Notes under the pieces: model-generated
The model's database searches: none
The model's input: the letters and a program-made list of their open reading frames with translations, nothing else
What the model was told of the DNA's origin: nothing
Assembly: GCA_000934665.2 (NCBI GenBank)
Contig: KZ538789.1
Location: 1 to 47,639, forward strand
Length of the DNA stretch: 47,639 bases
Direction of reading: 5' to 3'
DNA from: Catajapyx aquilonaris
Taxonomy: Eukaryota
Part shown: positions 13,201 through 26,883 of the stretch, piece after piece
Layout of the letters: every line of letters starts with the position of its first letter
Numbering within the stretch: position 1 is the stretch's first letter
Translations under genes and position numbers: made by a program

Positions 13201-16200
13201 CGATGTATCGCCAGCGGTGCCCGGATCCTTGAAGATTTTTGTAAGAAGCGTACCATAACTTGCTCCAAGTTGACTCCTCGGAATTGTCCGCTAATTTACG
13301 ACCGGCTTAACTCCCACACCTTGAACTCCCCGAGCATTCCTTCTCGGCATGACCTTCGCAAGTTTTGCACTTTTAACATCCGCAAGGACAAAGGAAGTGG
13401 CGCGCAAATTGCGAACCCCCGCATGTTTTTCGGCTCTTGCGAACTATGGCACCTAGATGCTACACGGTGTAGTTAAGAGTAATAATAATGCAGAGGGTGC
13501 AACCGACTTAAGCCACGTGTGAAATTGTACCTGTTTAGTCCAGGGGGGGTGAGGCAATATCTGAAGTGCATCATTACACGCAAGCGAGTAATTTCTTCTC
13601 AGCACAACAACGCTATAAAACCGCGTGCGTGCTCTGCCATTGTTTATGCCACGTACCAGCCCCGGTCGTACTAAACCGTCTTCAATTCTTGTAAACAACA
13701 GGAAGGGACTGTAAACTTGCCAGGAAGAGACACGACTCGATCCGGTAGTTCATTTTCACTGAAGCCGGATCGTGGGTTTATACCTTATTTCCGTTGGGTT
13801 TACATTTACATTTGTCGTCTATTTGCAATGATGAGTTATATATGGTACCGTACAGAGTATCGGTGCATGGCAAAAATCGCAGCATGTGACGAAGATTTTC
13901 CACTCAGATAATCATACTCTACTCACTGAATTCGACAGAAAAATTCCGGGTAATTCAGATGGTCATTCTTGATATTGGAAGTACGTATTGGGTAATCTAC
14001 ATTATGAGTAATCAACATGTCCTGCTAGTGCTTCAGTGAATGACTTTCCCCTCGGAGAAATTTTCCCCATTAGCACCTTGTTTCAATACTTTCCTCCCAT
14101 GCTCTATAAATCACTATCCAACTTTTGAATCCGCCATTTTTTAATACTCTAAACTCACAGTACATTAAGGATAATATACGCAGCCAATTTTTAAATAACT
14201 ACAAAAAAATAACAGCCCCTAGTAAATTTTTTAATTAGCAATTAACTGACATGGGCACGCCTGTAATTTCGCTGTCGTTCAGTAACTCGTAATATTTCAC
14301 CCGTCGTATTTGCGTTTCTACAGTATAAGGAAGAAAAAAAAATTTGGCGCGTCCTTTTTCTAACGAGGACCCTTTTTCGGCCACCCTTGGCGTCCCAGTT
14401 AGTGACAAAAATATAATGCGTCACCTCCCAACTAAAAATGGGCAATAAAGATCGGCATGAGGCCTGCAGCCGTGGCTGCGTGGGGGCGATAACTCTCCAA
14501 AGGGGTGAAAAGGTCACTCACCATGTAATTATGGGCATGCTTGGCACGGAGCATGGCGGTGGCCTCGTTCATATGGGCTCGGTATGCGGCGTTGCCCAGC
14601 TCCGGAGGAAAAGCCAGAGCAATCACACGCTCCGTGATGTACGTCAGGTCCATCGCTGGCTGACCCGACACCACCACTGGACGACGTTGAACCCCGTTGC
14701 TGCTGCTACTCTGCTGCTGTTGCTGATGGAGGAGGAAACAAACAAAGATGGTCAACAACGCTGTGTGCACAGCTCTAATGCACAGCAGGTGACACCGGAG
14801 AGCATTGCAAACTTCACCCACGCACTCTCTCAACTGTTATCGAAAAACGCTGGCTCCAGCACCTCTTCACTTTACTTCAACGGTGTAGTGTTGAAGGTCA
14901 TTGCAAATTGGTCACCCTGCTGGTCACACGAGAGAAACAGCCAATGACTTCAATGTAAACCGCGAAAGAGCATCCCTGGCGAGTCTCTCATACAGCATCA
15001 CTTTTTAATGCTATTGTGATGGTTTTTAGCAACAAAAAAACATAACAAGAGCATCACATGCTCCATGGGGGACTCACCAGTGATGCTCTTTTAATGTTTT
15101 GTGGTTTAATTAAAGTGTACTGTAGCAGGAGTACCAATTATTATTATTATTAATGAAGAAGTGTGACTGTCAGTTGGACCTAGCCCAAAATTTTAAAATG
15201 CCAATCATGGTGGAAATTTTCATACCCCCAAAAAATCCTCGATGTTACGCACAAACAGATCAATTTGCATTACTGGGAGCGCTTCATCAGCTTGGAAAAC
15301 ATGGCAAAAATCTCACCTTCCGACAGCATTAATGCGATGTCATATGTAACCTACTTTTTTTACCAGCAGTTCCGGTGAATGGCGATTTGGCAGCGTGTTG
15401 CATAGCTTAGCTACGCGTTTTTAAAATTCTTCCTGAAATCGGATTCGGACCTGCTAGACAAGTGAATTCCCCCGGTCTAAGAATCCAGCAACCAGGCAAA
15501 AAAAATTGTAATGGGAAAGACATTATGCAAATTTGCGGTTCCGGTTGAACCGCACGCTGCATGCATTGCTGTCAAAACCTGGGGATTATCCCCAGGGATA
15601 CGGATGCGCAGGTGTAAAGGAGGAAAAAAAGTTTTGACAGAAATGGTATTAATTCACAAAATTGCGCCTATTAATCAACTATGGCAACGCGACGGCTTCA
15701 ATTCCAGTATTTTCGTGAAAATCTTTCCGCAGAATAAAAAGAAAAGCGGCATGAAATCTTGCCCTGAACACTAAAGCATTCATTCAATCATTGTTCAATC
15801 ATTTATTCATACCACTATCAAAGAGGTAGTGAAAAATGAAGCAGGTTCCGAATCAAATTATCGCACAAAAGCTAGTCCAACGTTACAATCATGAACTGAT
15901 GCGCTCAAATTTTACAATAAATATCTTACTAATATCAAATTATTCAGCCAAGTGAACATTTTCATTCAAGAGTATATTGAGTGCAATATCAAGTTATTAG
16001 TGAGTGATATTTCACTGCTCTTTCTTCATTCATAATAGTTTTCCTCTTTTAAGTGACTCCATAATTCGATTGGACAAATTTTTCGTAGAATCCGATTACC
16101 ACTTTGTTGAAACTGACGACAAAACTCATTCATAATTACATGTCACTCTGGGTAATATTTCATTCGAAAAGTGTCATTTCAAGTGTAGAAAGTTAAGTTC

Positions 16201-18119
16201 TCAAGAGTTCAATCGCTCAAACTAATTCAAATATTAGTGTCAGTCTAAGTTGTCTTTTAAAATTTAAATATTCCGAACACAGCTTCGTGTCAGTTTCTCT
16301 GCCTTTTCGATGGAAAGAGGACACCTTTGCAATTCAGGTCGGAAGACTCATCACCAAAGAGTCGTCGCTGAGGTAGTTGATTAATGGGTGCGTTTCGGAT
16401 CTGCTTGTTACGAAAGTTGGTCTATTCAATTTGAAGACAAGTTCGGAAACTGGTTACAAAGTTAGGATACGCCACGATGTTGGTGTGGAAAGTGCATTTA
16501 CAAGTTGTTATTATTCGACACGCGTCGTTTCCGAACAGGAAGAAATTTTTTCTTCTTCCAGCCAAATAGGTCAGCACTATTTCAGGTCAGACCACAATTT
16601 ACGCTAACTTCCATGCCGGATGCATATATTTCCCTGCCGCCTTGTGATACACCGACTGTACACCCTGTACACTGTCTGGAGCACCCAAAAATATATATTA
16701 CAAATGCTAGTTTTTCGCTAATTTTCATCCGCACCGAGTTCAGATCACACCAAAGGCTATTATTATAGCAGCTATTAATTTATTCATATCTTGAGTGCCC
16801 CGATGCAAAACGAGATAATTTCGCATGTACTTTCAGGCATGAATGAATAATTAAGACATAGAATATGCAGTTGTGGTCGTAGGCCCTGGCTCTTGGCCAG
16901 ACTTTCTGTGTCAGGCTCAGCAGAAAACGTGAGTTTCCTTCTCAAAATTGACGGCACGTTGGGAACATGCCAGTTTCCGCGGTTCATCCTGTGGTGGCAA
17001 GCAACCTAACCGTTCATAACGTACACCACAAAGCATATGTAGCAGGGGCCAATCGACTGCAAGGTCAAAGAACGCGCTGGATATCTACAAAACATGAAAA
17101 TTGCGATTTTTACTATGGAAAAAAATGTCGTGGCCATGATTATTAATATCATGTCCTGTGCGGCTTAAAACCACAAACCAAGCACCATTTCATATCAAGG
17201 TCCCAATGACTCAATGCTTTTACAAATATAGCAGGAGGTTTATTTTTGTCATTCGCATGAATTTAAGAGCCTTTTCCTTGTCAATTCTGCGAGCGGTCAA
17301 GCTGATCTCTCTTTCCGGAAGTCAAAATGCAATGTCAACAGTGTCGAGCTCTTGGTTGATTCAAGGCTTTTCTCTGCTACCACGGTTGCTTGATCAGAGT
17401 CAACAAGACCTAATAATCTTTTTCTTGGTGTAGCTAGAAGCCCAATATTTATGTAGCAAACTATCGGCAACAAAACGGCTTAGATAGTCGGGAGTTGATG
17501 TTGGCGTTATCCAAACGAGACATTCACAGGCCTGATGGTGCTTCAAAGGAAACTTTACGGTTGGTAAAATCAGGACTTCAGGAGTATAGCAACTTAAAAT
17601 GCAAAGTCAGAATTCTGTAGTGTAAGGGATTCCGACATTATTATGCATTGTAGGCAATCACGTGACAATTCGTAATTTTAGGTTTGTACTCCTGAACCTT
17701 GATCGTAAAGTCTCCTTCACCAGTTGCGGTATAAGCCTGACATAAGTGTGCGACAAAAATGCGTTTCACTTCTGATCCAGTTAACAAAAGAACCATATGT
17801 CACTCGGAACCAAAAAAAGTGATACGCCCACTCCCTACAAGTGAATCAGCTGTCAAGCACGCCCCCTTTAATGGTTACACATCTCATTAATAAACCGTAC
17901 TCACAATCACTCAAAGCATAATGAGGACACACTAGGAGATTAACTACTAACAGTGACAAATTAGGGATTCTCACCTGCTTGGCGCGTAACATTTGCCGAT
18001 TCAGTCCATCTCCTCCGTGTTGCTGTGAAGAGAACAATAGAGTGACATCAGCTCACACATCCTATAGCTGGAGCAATCTATTGTGCAACAATCTAGGAAT
18101 TCTTAGCAAATTCCGGCCG

Positions 18120-18195
<76 letters not shown>

Positions 18196-21100
18196 ATTAA
18201 CAGCCTGTGAGAGGATCTGCTAAGATTTTCTAGATTCAGTATAAATCCAGTTCCCTTTGGTACGCACAAACTGGGCTCTGTACATCTGTGTTGCCAAATT
18301 TTGGTCATGCAATGGTGGCATTTTGATTGGGCGGTGGTTGACATATAGTGTTGTGGGAGGGCTCATTTGCATTCCACATGCACTACCTGCAGTTGATGCT
18401 CGGTCTCGAGTAGAAACGCAGTCCGCCAGACGCAGAAAGCCAGCCGGTGCAGGGCAGCCTTGGTCTCCCTTTCCGGGTAGACTGCAGCTGGGGGCCCCCT
18501 CGTCCTGGGGGCCGCCCCGGGGCCCACCAACAGACGGGTGGGCCACCGCCACACCGACGTCTCCTCCACCCGCATGCTCTTAGGTCACACCGTCCTGGCT
18601 GCTACATTAGGAGGGGGTCATTTGGTTTGTACGGACGTGTACTATTGCGGACAATAAGTTGGAAGCCAGTATACTTCCCCGAGGAAATAAATGCCGCGCA
18701 TATTTATAGACCCGGTCGTAAATAATGTGGCGCACATAGTGAGGGAAGCAGCATACACATATCTGACACAATGGCCCAAAAAATCCCTGGGCAAAATTCG
18801 TCCTCGAGTTGCAACCAGAAAGACCAGAATTTTCCCGCCCATTCCTCCAGCCATCCAGCCATCCAGGAAAATGCAATTACGCGCTGGAGAGGATGCAGGA
18901 TGGTAATTAATTTCCGGAGAAAATTGTTGCCTGCTGGTTACGAGTAAATGATGACATCTTGGGGCAGGACCAAGGTCGATGCTTCCAATTCCGACACTTC
19001 CCTCCCTCACCCGGAGGTCAATATTATCGGAGAAGCTAAACTTGGAGCTGGGGCAACTAATTTGCTATGCGGGACTGTAGGCTATTGTTTGCCCCAGCAA
19101 CCAGTTGAGTGCTGAGTGGGGGTGTGTTGGGCTAGATACCTACAAGTGCTGGTATTACATTGTGCGGTACAAGCATGCAGCAAATGCAGGGCTGAGACTT
19201 ACCAACTCTTGCAAGGTCTCGACCCTACATGAAATGGGCCACATGGTGACCCCGATGGTCATCCCCCTCCCTCCCCGCCCCCTCCCCCCCAAACCGCGCA
19301 CACCACACACAACCTCCTCCTCTCTCAGTCTGGCTCTTTTTCGTCACCGACGTCGCGACGTCATTGCTGGCGGAACGACGACGACTGCGACGCTCCCTCC
19401 CCCACCCCCCCCGACTCTGGAAACTCTGCTCCTTCCCTCCCCCGAAACGCGATCAATGGGATGGTCGCGCTTGGAAATAACGGGGACTCCCCCAGCACCC
19501 ACTCTTTGTGGTTACGGAGGTTGACCCTAAGGACGTCGTTTACCTTCCACCGAGGATACATGGACCTTCGAGAGGTGTGCATTATTCATGCGCGTGCTGA
19601 CCAATTCGCTTCGCAATGCGGGTATATTTAGGCTTATTTATCAAAAAATTCTAGCAGAAAATGTGATGGAACTCTGGCTTGTGGGCGAGCATGCGCATTC
19701 ACACTGGTAGATCCCGATGTGTACATGGGTATGGACTGCGCATGCGTTACTGGACTGGTCACTTGGTGTCACATGGCTGTGGACGATCATGCGTATTCAC
19801 ACTGGTAGATCCCGATGTGTACATGAGTATAGTGGACTGCGCATGCTGGTCACTTGGTATATGAATCAGCCAATAATATTGGCTGATTTGCGCGAACGTC
19901 TTCAACGACAATTTTATTGCTGTGCATTGAATCTGGAACATAGATTCCCTGGTTTAATTGAGCAACTTGATCATCCTGATTGGCATTGTAAAAATTAAAC
20001 CAATATAACGGGGATGTCGGCTCCATTATGAGTGTTTTTTTAGTGGTTCATCACATTGTTGAAAACATACCTTCACAATTGCAACTGCTTGAATAACTTA
20101 TGGTTCACATCACAGATTATATCTTCACCATCCTCAGCTATAATAAAACCGTAATTGGAGCAATTGAGCGAGTTCACAACCGGGGGCGTCAAAACCGCGC
20201 ACGAACGACTTCCCCAAATTGCTGTCCGATTCCTCCGGTCCCAATCCGACGATATCTTTTCGGCACATGACACAAAACGTTCCCCTCAGCCTCACTCGTG
20301 GCTCCGAAATTGGGAGGGGTGGTGGGAGGTAGAGGCAAAGGGTCTGGCTTTTGGCCAAGACACACAATCCCCATACATCTCTATAGCGGGCCTTCCTTCT
20401 TTTTGTGTGTGTGTGTGTGTCTGCTGCACCGGCTCACATGGCACCGTGCGGTCTGCCAAACCGCCACGACCTTTGACCCCCTCCGGTACTTACTCACCCT
20501 TCCATGTGCTCAAACGTGTGTGTAACCCAAAGGCACGTGACCGGTCGGGTACCCGAGACCCGAAAGACTGCGGAGGATCCTCCGGGCCTCTGCACCACTA
20601 TTTCTCTGCGTTGCCATGGAGATGGGAGGGAGGGGAAGGGAATCGGGGAGGGTAGGGAGGATGGGGTTGTGGGACGCAGGGGAGGGGATGAGGTGGGACA
20701 GGAGGGTCAGAAGGGGTCAAATTTTCGGCAGAGTGCGCCATTGTTGCGCTCCAAATAAACGGGAAAGGGGGAGACAAAAGGTACTGTATATGGAACAAAA
20801 AGTTGGGGACTGACTGAGCGAGTCATTTGCCTGAGAGGGCATCAGAGGTTCATTTTATGCAGAGACTAGTTCCTCATCTCGCCCACCAGAGGCGCTGCCT
20901 ATTCGTATTGCGCATGCGCAGAACGGGGGCCAATCAGAATCGTCGCGCAAACAATATACGACGAGCCAATCAGAATCCTCGGTCAACCGCATGCGCAGAA
21001 CGGGAACCAATCAGAATCGCCGCGCAAACAATACACGACGAGCCTATCAGAATCGTCGGTCAAACCAGCACGATATTAAACGTATAGAAATGATGTCATT

Positions 21101-24100
21101 TGGTCTGGCCAACAGCGAGATAACGGGCTTCAGACACTCCCAGGTATGCGTCCCTCCAAACGACCTTGCTGAATGGGAACATATGCTAACATGGACATTC
21201 CGGAATGGTACGTGGACATGGTTGCGAATAAAGCAAACATGCCAACCTCTTCACCGCGCTCCAAGAACCAGGCGGTCACTTCGAAAAGGATGGACTTTTG
21301 TGTCCATTCTTTTCCACGTTTTCCACGTGTTATCCGTGAGTCACGACACGGGCAACCCGCACATGCGCCATGAGGTAGAAAAAAGGTGAATGACAGCTAA
21401 AGGCATCTTCATTCATATCCAGATCGCCCCAACACATTCCGTCCCTTTCCGTGTCCAGTTCATTCTAGATTTTTTTCCCCCCTGCCCATCAATATTTTCA
21501 CTTTCCAGCACGATTATCCCATTCCTATTTTAGCCGGCCCTGCGTTCCCGAGCCTGACACAATGGGAGCTTCGACAATGAAACTATAAAAAGTCCCGTCA
21601 GCATAAGTGAGTGACCTAGTAAAAAGCCCCCGTGGTTCGATATTTAGTGTCAGCCGTTATCGAAAAATAATACCACACGATTGCATTTCGCCGAAGCTGC
21701 GATTCTTTGTCTGCCCATTTTTAGTGGCACTTAAAAAGTTCCATAATGACTCCTTAAGCGCAGTCTTTCGCACAGTTTTGGTGCGGAGCCTGAGAGAGAT
21801 AAAAATCCGGCGAGGCCCTCTATAAGCTCAATACTGCGGTATCTGCAGGGGGTATAAGTTATGCCTTTTCCTAACCAGAGCTACATTTCTACACTATATG
21901 GCAAGCCTGTCGGACATGTGACACCTGCAAATGCCTGGTATTGATCATGCGACCGACTGGCAGACTGTTTGCCCAATTATCTTATCGAAAATTGAAAGGA
22001 ACAATAAAGAGAACTCTTCCCAGGTAATGTTCTCAAAATTATATACACATCACATACTGGACAGATTACGTAAAACCTATTAGTAAATTAATACAATGTG
22101 AGAAGTTTTAGCTCCATGTCCTTGAAAGCCACTTAGTGTGCTTTATTTATATGCGGTACGGAACCTCCATCGCTTAATTATAAGTGCACCATTACGTAAT
22201 CCAGCAGTATATAACCCGCATCGCAGCTGCAGTTATTCCATATTTCCCTAATTAAATTTTGTCGCTAATGAGAACAGGCCACGTTATTCCGCAGGCTAAG
22301 ACTGATCTGTTAAAGCCTTGGTTAAAACTTTTTAATGGGTTGTTACACTGTATGATAGTCCCTCACTATGTGCCATAATTGTTTTACAGGCCCTTTCAGT
22401 TAGTCGTCATGTATACAGTGTGTTCTAAGGGCCGGTTTCACCGAGCTCGGTATATGATAAAACCAGGGTTCTTTCTGAAAATCCCTACATATTTGTATGG
22501 ATTTTCCTAAAGAAACCTGGTTTTATCATATACCGAGCCGAGTTACTTTCCAACGATTCCTTTTAGGAGTTATCAAAAAGGCGTAGGCCTATTAGGTTTA
22601 ACGTCAAACGTGGTGATATTGCGCCAAGTGGGGTGATATTGTGCCAGCTCATTTCTTGAACAGCAATAAGTCCTACCACGGTTTTACTCGACATAGCCAA
22701 TCTTGACCATCCCTCAATGTATAGTACTATATATATAGTGAAACATTCCTACATTAGCTATAGTTTACGCCTGCTGTCCAAAAGTGAGCTGGCACAATCT
22801 CACCCCACCTGGCACAATCTCACCACGTTTGACGGTACCTTTTTAAAGACCGAACAAACTTCAATTTAGTGTAACACACTGCGTACTGTGGGCCTGGTTG
22901 TGTGTTTTTCTCGCCCGTATGTGGACAAGGCGAGAGTCACCCACTCGATCAGTGTTGGCGCCCATATCCAAAAAGCCACCACCACAAATCAAGGCCCGGA
23001 TTAATGAAATGCAAGCGCGGCAACAGGTCATGCAGCCCGGGTTAAAGTTACACCGCCCTTCGTGTCACACAAATGGAAAAAGGTGTTGTGTTCTTTTCCC
23101 TTACCGCGAGCGCCGCCTTGACAAGAGGAAAAGCGCCCTCCTGACAGCGCTGCCAGTCCAAGAATATTTGGTACGACGTATCGCGGTACCGTCGGTCATC
23201 GGGGGTTGTAGGTACGGGTGGTGGCAGTGACTTCGAGGCCTCCTCATCCTTGCTCGAACTCTTCTGCACAAGACGGGAGGGTTCATTCATATACGGACTG
23301 GATTCACTCATTTCATTCCCACAGCCAAATTAGCACATGAAACGTCAAAACACGTCAGGTGAAGTCGGCATCTCCAGAGAACAAGACAGGTGTTGACAAC
23401 GTTGAGTCGGGAAATCATCGCGCACTTTGCAATCTGCATATCAATCAGCAAACCCGGTCGGCGCAGCATATGAAGAAAAAAAAAACAGGTAATTCAACTA
23501 GGAAGTACTGGTCAAGTGACACCTTGTTGGAAGCGTCGGGCATTGTGCCACCGGACGAGGAAAAAGGAAAGTACGCTTTTCCTCATCTCCCTTGCTGTAT
23601 ACCGGTACCTATAAACGTCGATGCGTACTAATGGCGGATAAATAATGGATAAGCGCGCGGCCTGTCTTCCGCAGCATTCATCAAAATAGACTCGCGCAAT
23701 GCGCAATGACAGTTTGCCAACTCCGACCTACCCAAGGACAGCATGAGTTTTATGCGGTGTAGCATAAATGATGTCATTTCCGATCCAGCTTGTATACATA
23801 TTGCCATATCGATCTCGTCGGCGGGGTTTCTAACATTGCAGGAGTTGAATGCGAAAAAGCGTCTTATCCACTTGGGACACTTGCGGTAACTGGAGAGAAG
23901 AGAGAGAAAACGTGTGGCCCTGCAGAGCTCATCCTGTAAATAATTCTGAGTTGTCCTTTCAATGACTCCTGATTAGCAGAAGAGTCACATTTTTTGTCGA
24001 AACTGAGTTACGCATTTGGCAATGTAGTCCTTGATACGTACTTTACATGAGAAATTCAGTTTCTGCTAGACATAAATATTATACAGTACTGAAGTTCCGT

Positions 24101-26816
24101 ATACTGTATATACAGTATATAGAAACGGTTTGCACAACCACATATTGTTTTTTTCAACCTTCAAACTTCGCAATATCTCAAGGTATTTTCTTGTAATTCA
24201 GATCCATTCATTGATGGGTCTTCCATTGTAATAGCTCCCACTCGTAATTTAAAATTTCCTCACTTGTCAAGTTGTCACAATTGAACAGTAATATTTTCCA
24301 GTCGCTGCCAGAAAAGTGTGTACTCGAGTCGATGAAAAATTACTCTAAAAATTTAGGTGATCGAGTCTGTAGAAGACACAGAAGTTAACCATACGACCTG
24401 TATGGTATTTCAAGTTGAGAAATTAATTTAATATCGTGCAATATCCCCTGTACAGTACACACCATTTATTTGCGCGTTTATATCATTTAATTATATACTG
24501 ATTTCCTGTATTTCTCCAATTGCCCCACAATCAATGAAGGTCATTTCCTGACATGGTTAATACCGCAAACATAATTTCAAAATCACGCTTTTTTTTTGCT
24601 TTCAACTCGTCCAATTCGTCGAAACACATGGCTTACTAAGGGATTCCGCGTATCTCACCTGATTCCCAGAGTGATTTTCCACCTTGATTCAACATTAATT
24701 TACTCCGCCGACGCTGCCGCCAGGGAAAAATGCCTAGACACTCCGATGTGAATCCTTTAAAAAACCTGGTTTTTCCTCCTGAGATGGCTTATCATTTTCC
24801 CAGCGCAAAACACGACAAACCAGTACAATTAGTGGCATGGCGTGCATTTGCTCTCTGTCCTAGGGCAAAGTTACCCCCCGCCTCCAACCCGTGGGGGCAC
24901 CTACAAGTTCCTGTTTTCGTGTTGTATTTGTGTAACACCACGTAATCACTACGTCACCTCGAAAGCTACCGCATTTTTCTTCCACGTGCTATCGTTGCAT
25001 TACTCGCGATGACTCCTCGCTTCTCATAGTCGTTGCAGCAATAGACTATACGCGTCATGAACTGCATGTAGAGCAAAATTGGCACGTGCCGAACGTCCTG
25101 TTTTGCGCATTAGTACAATGAAAGCTGAAGCACGTGCTTTTTTGGTCCGCATATTTCCAACGCCTCCAGGTGTATACCCCAATAGGTTGGCGGGAACATT
25201 TTCAGAAGGTGGCAGCACCAACGGCGTCCCAAACCCCGGCAAGGCCATACAACAGAAAAACACATAAAGCACGCAGGAATTTTGACCCACTCGCAACATA
25301 ATTTGAAGAAAATAAGTCCCAACCACCACCACACATACTCGCTCACACACGTGACCTCACCTTGTCCAACATTGCAGTATGTGTCACACGCGACACATGG
25401 CGACGTCACATAGCCTACTCAGTAAGGGGCGTAAGGGATATATGTGGCAGGGGGATAGAAACACCTGTGTGTTACGTGTTATGCCCGGGTTTCACCTGCT
25501 CATTCCTAGAGCACACCAACCGCACTGACTTCTTGGACTTTAGTGGCTGCTTTTTCATCCCCAACTCTCCACTACTCCGCTACACACCCCCACCTAAACC
25601 CCCTCTCCTTAGCTCACAAAGAAAAAGACCTTGAGGGGGTGAAGCCAGCCTCACCCACCCCCCAACACTCTTTTCTTTTCACCTGTTACATTACGGTATA
25701 GCACAGGTGTCCCTAACAATGGCGCACGCGCACTCACGACCTCTGACCTCACCCGGCTGTACAAACACATGCGCATTAATAATGCAGAGTCTGTAGCTCT
25801 ATCTGGTTCGCGTATCTGATGGCCACAATAGCGACCTTGCCCAAAAATGCGCGGATATAAACAAATCCTACACAAGTTACTCGGGAGACTGGTATTTAAA
25901 AGTGTGGGACGGACTGCACCCCAATGGATCCAGGGTCGACTTGTGCATCCTTGGCCCGTCCAGAAGTGTGTGTGTGTGTGTGTGTAACTATACATATACC
26001 CACTCAACCCACCCCCTCCACCCACATTTTTACACCCCTCTCTTCACCACCTGCCAATTCTGGACCCTTCCCAACTTTTCCGCGCCAATTAGGTCGGGAC
26101 CATGTGATAAGCCTAATTAGGCTCCAATCAGTCTAGTTAAACTGCTTTATTTCCGACGCTTAACACTATGAGTGTGCAGGGAGTGTACTAAGCAGACAGA
26201 GTGCGTACAGCAAGCTTGGCGTACAGTCTACAAGGTACTATAGGTTACACTTGAAAATTAAATATATAGGACGAGTTTCGGCCAGATTTATCCCGGCCCG
26301 ATTCAACTAGCACTCAAGGTGAAGTCTATGTGTAGTGCAAACGATTGGCAGGAAACAGGCAATAGACACTTGACAAAAATATCCTGGTAAAATATTTGCA
26401 CCTAAGCCTTTCAAATAAGGCTGTGCATAAAATAGAGCGTGCGAAACACGCACATAATAAGGCGGGATAATCTGCTGAACTCCTATATGGAGAAAAACCT
26501 GACTGCTCTAACTGGCAAGACAACTAATTGCTGTTAATTCAGTAGCCCCCACCAACTAATATGCAAAAAAGTAGATTTCCCACACTAATATTCCAGAGCG
26601 AAGGTTAATCTCGCGGCTGAATGACCTGATAAGCTGCTCATCAAACCGAACAATCGCCCCCCAAAAAATGAGTCGTGCATAATCAACATTCCCGTCCTGA
26701 ATTTTTTTAAGCAATTAAAGCGACATAACCTGTTTATAAGGATCAAGGTTTCTGCCAAAAGGTGCGAAAACATTTTGCGGGAAAAAATACCTATACGAGT
26801 ACCAAAAAAAAGCTCC

Positions 26817-26883
<67 letters not shown>

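Noticed and set aside
16368..16390. TGAGGTAGTTG, a let-7-like 5' end
   Set aside because: The rest diverges from let-7 and there is no complementary 3' arm downstream.
20071..20137. Exon-like segment with good acceptor and donor on the minus strand
   Set aside because: Stop codons in all three frames; could be a decoy or poison exon but nothing supports it.
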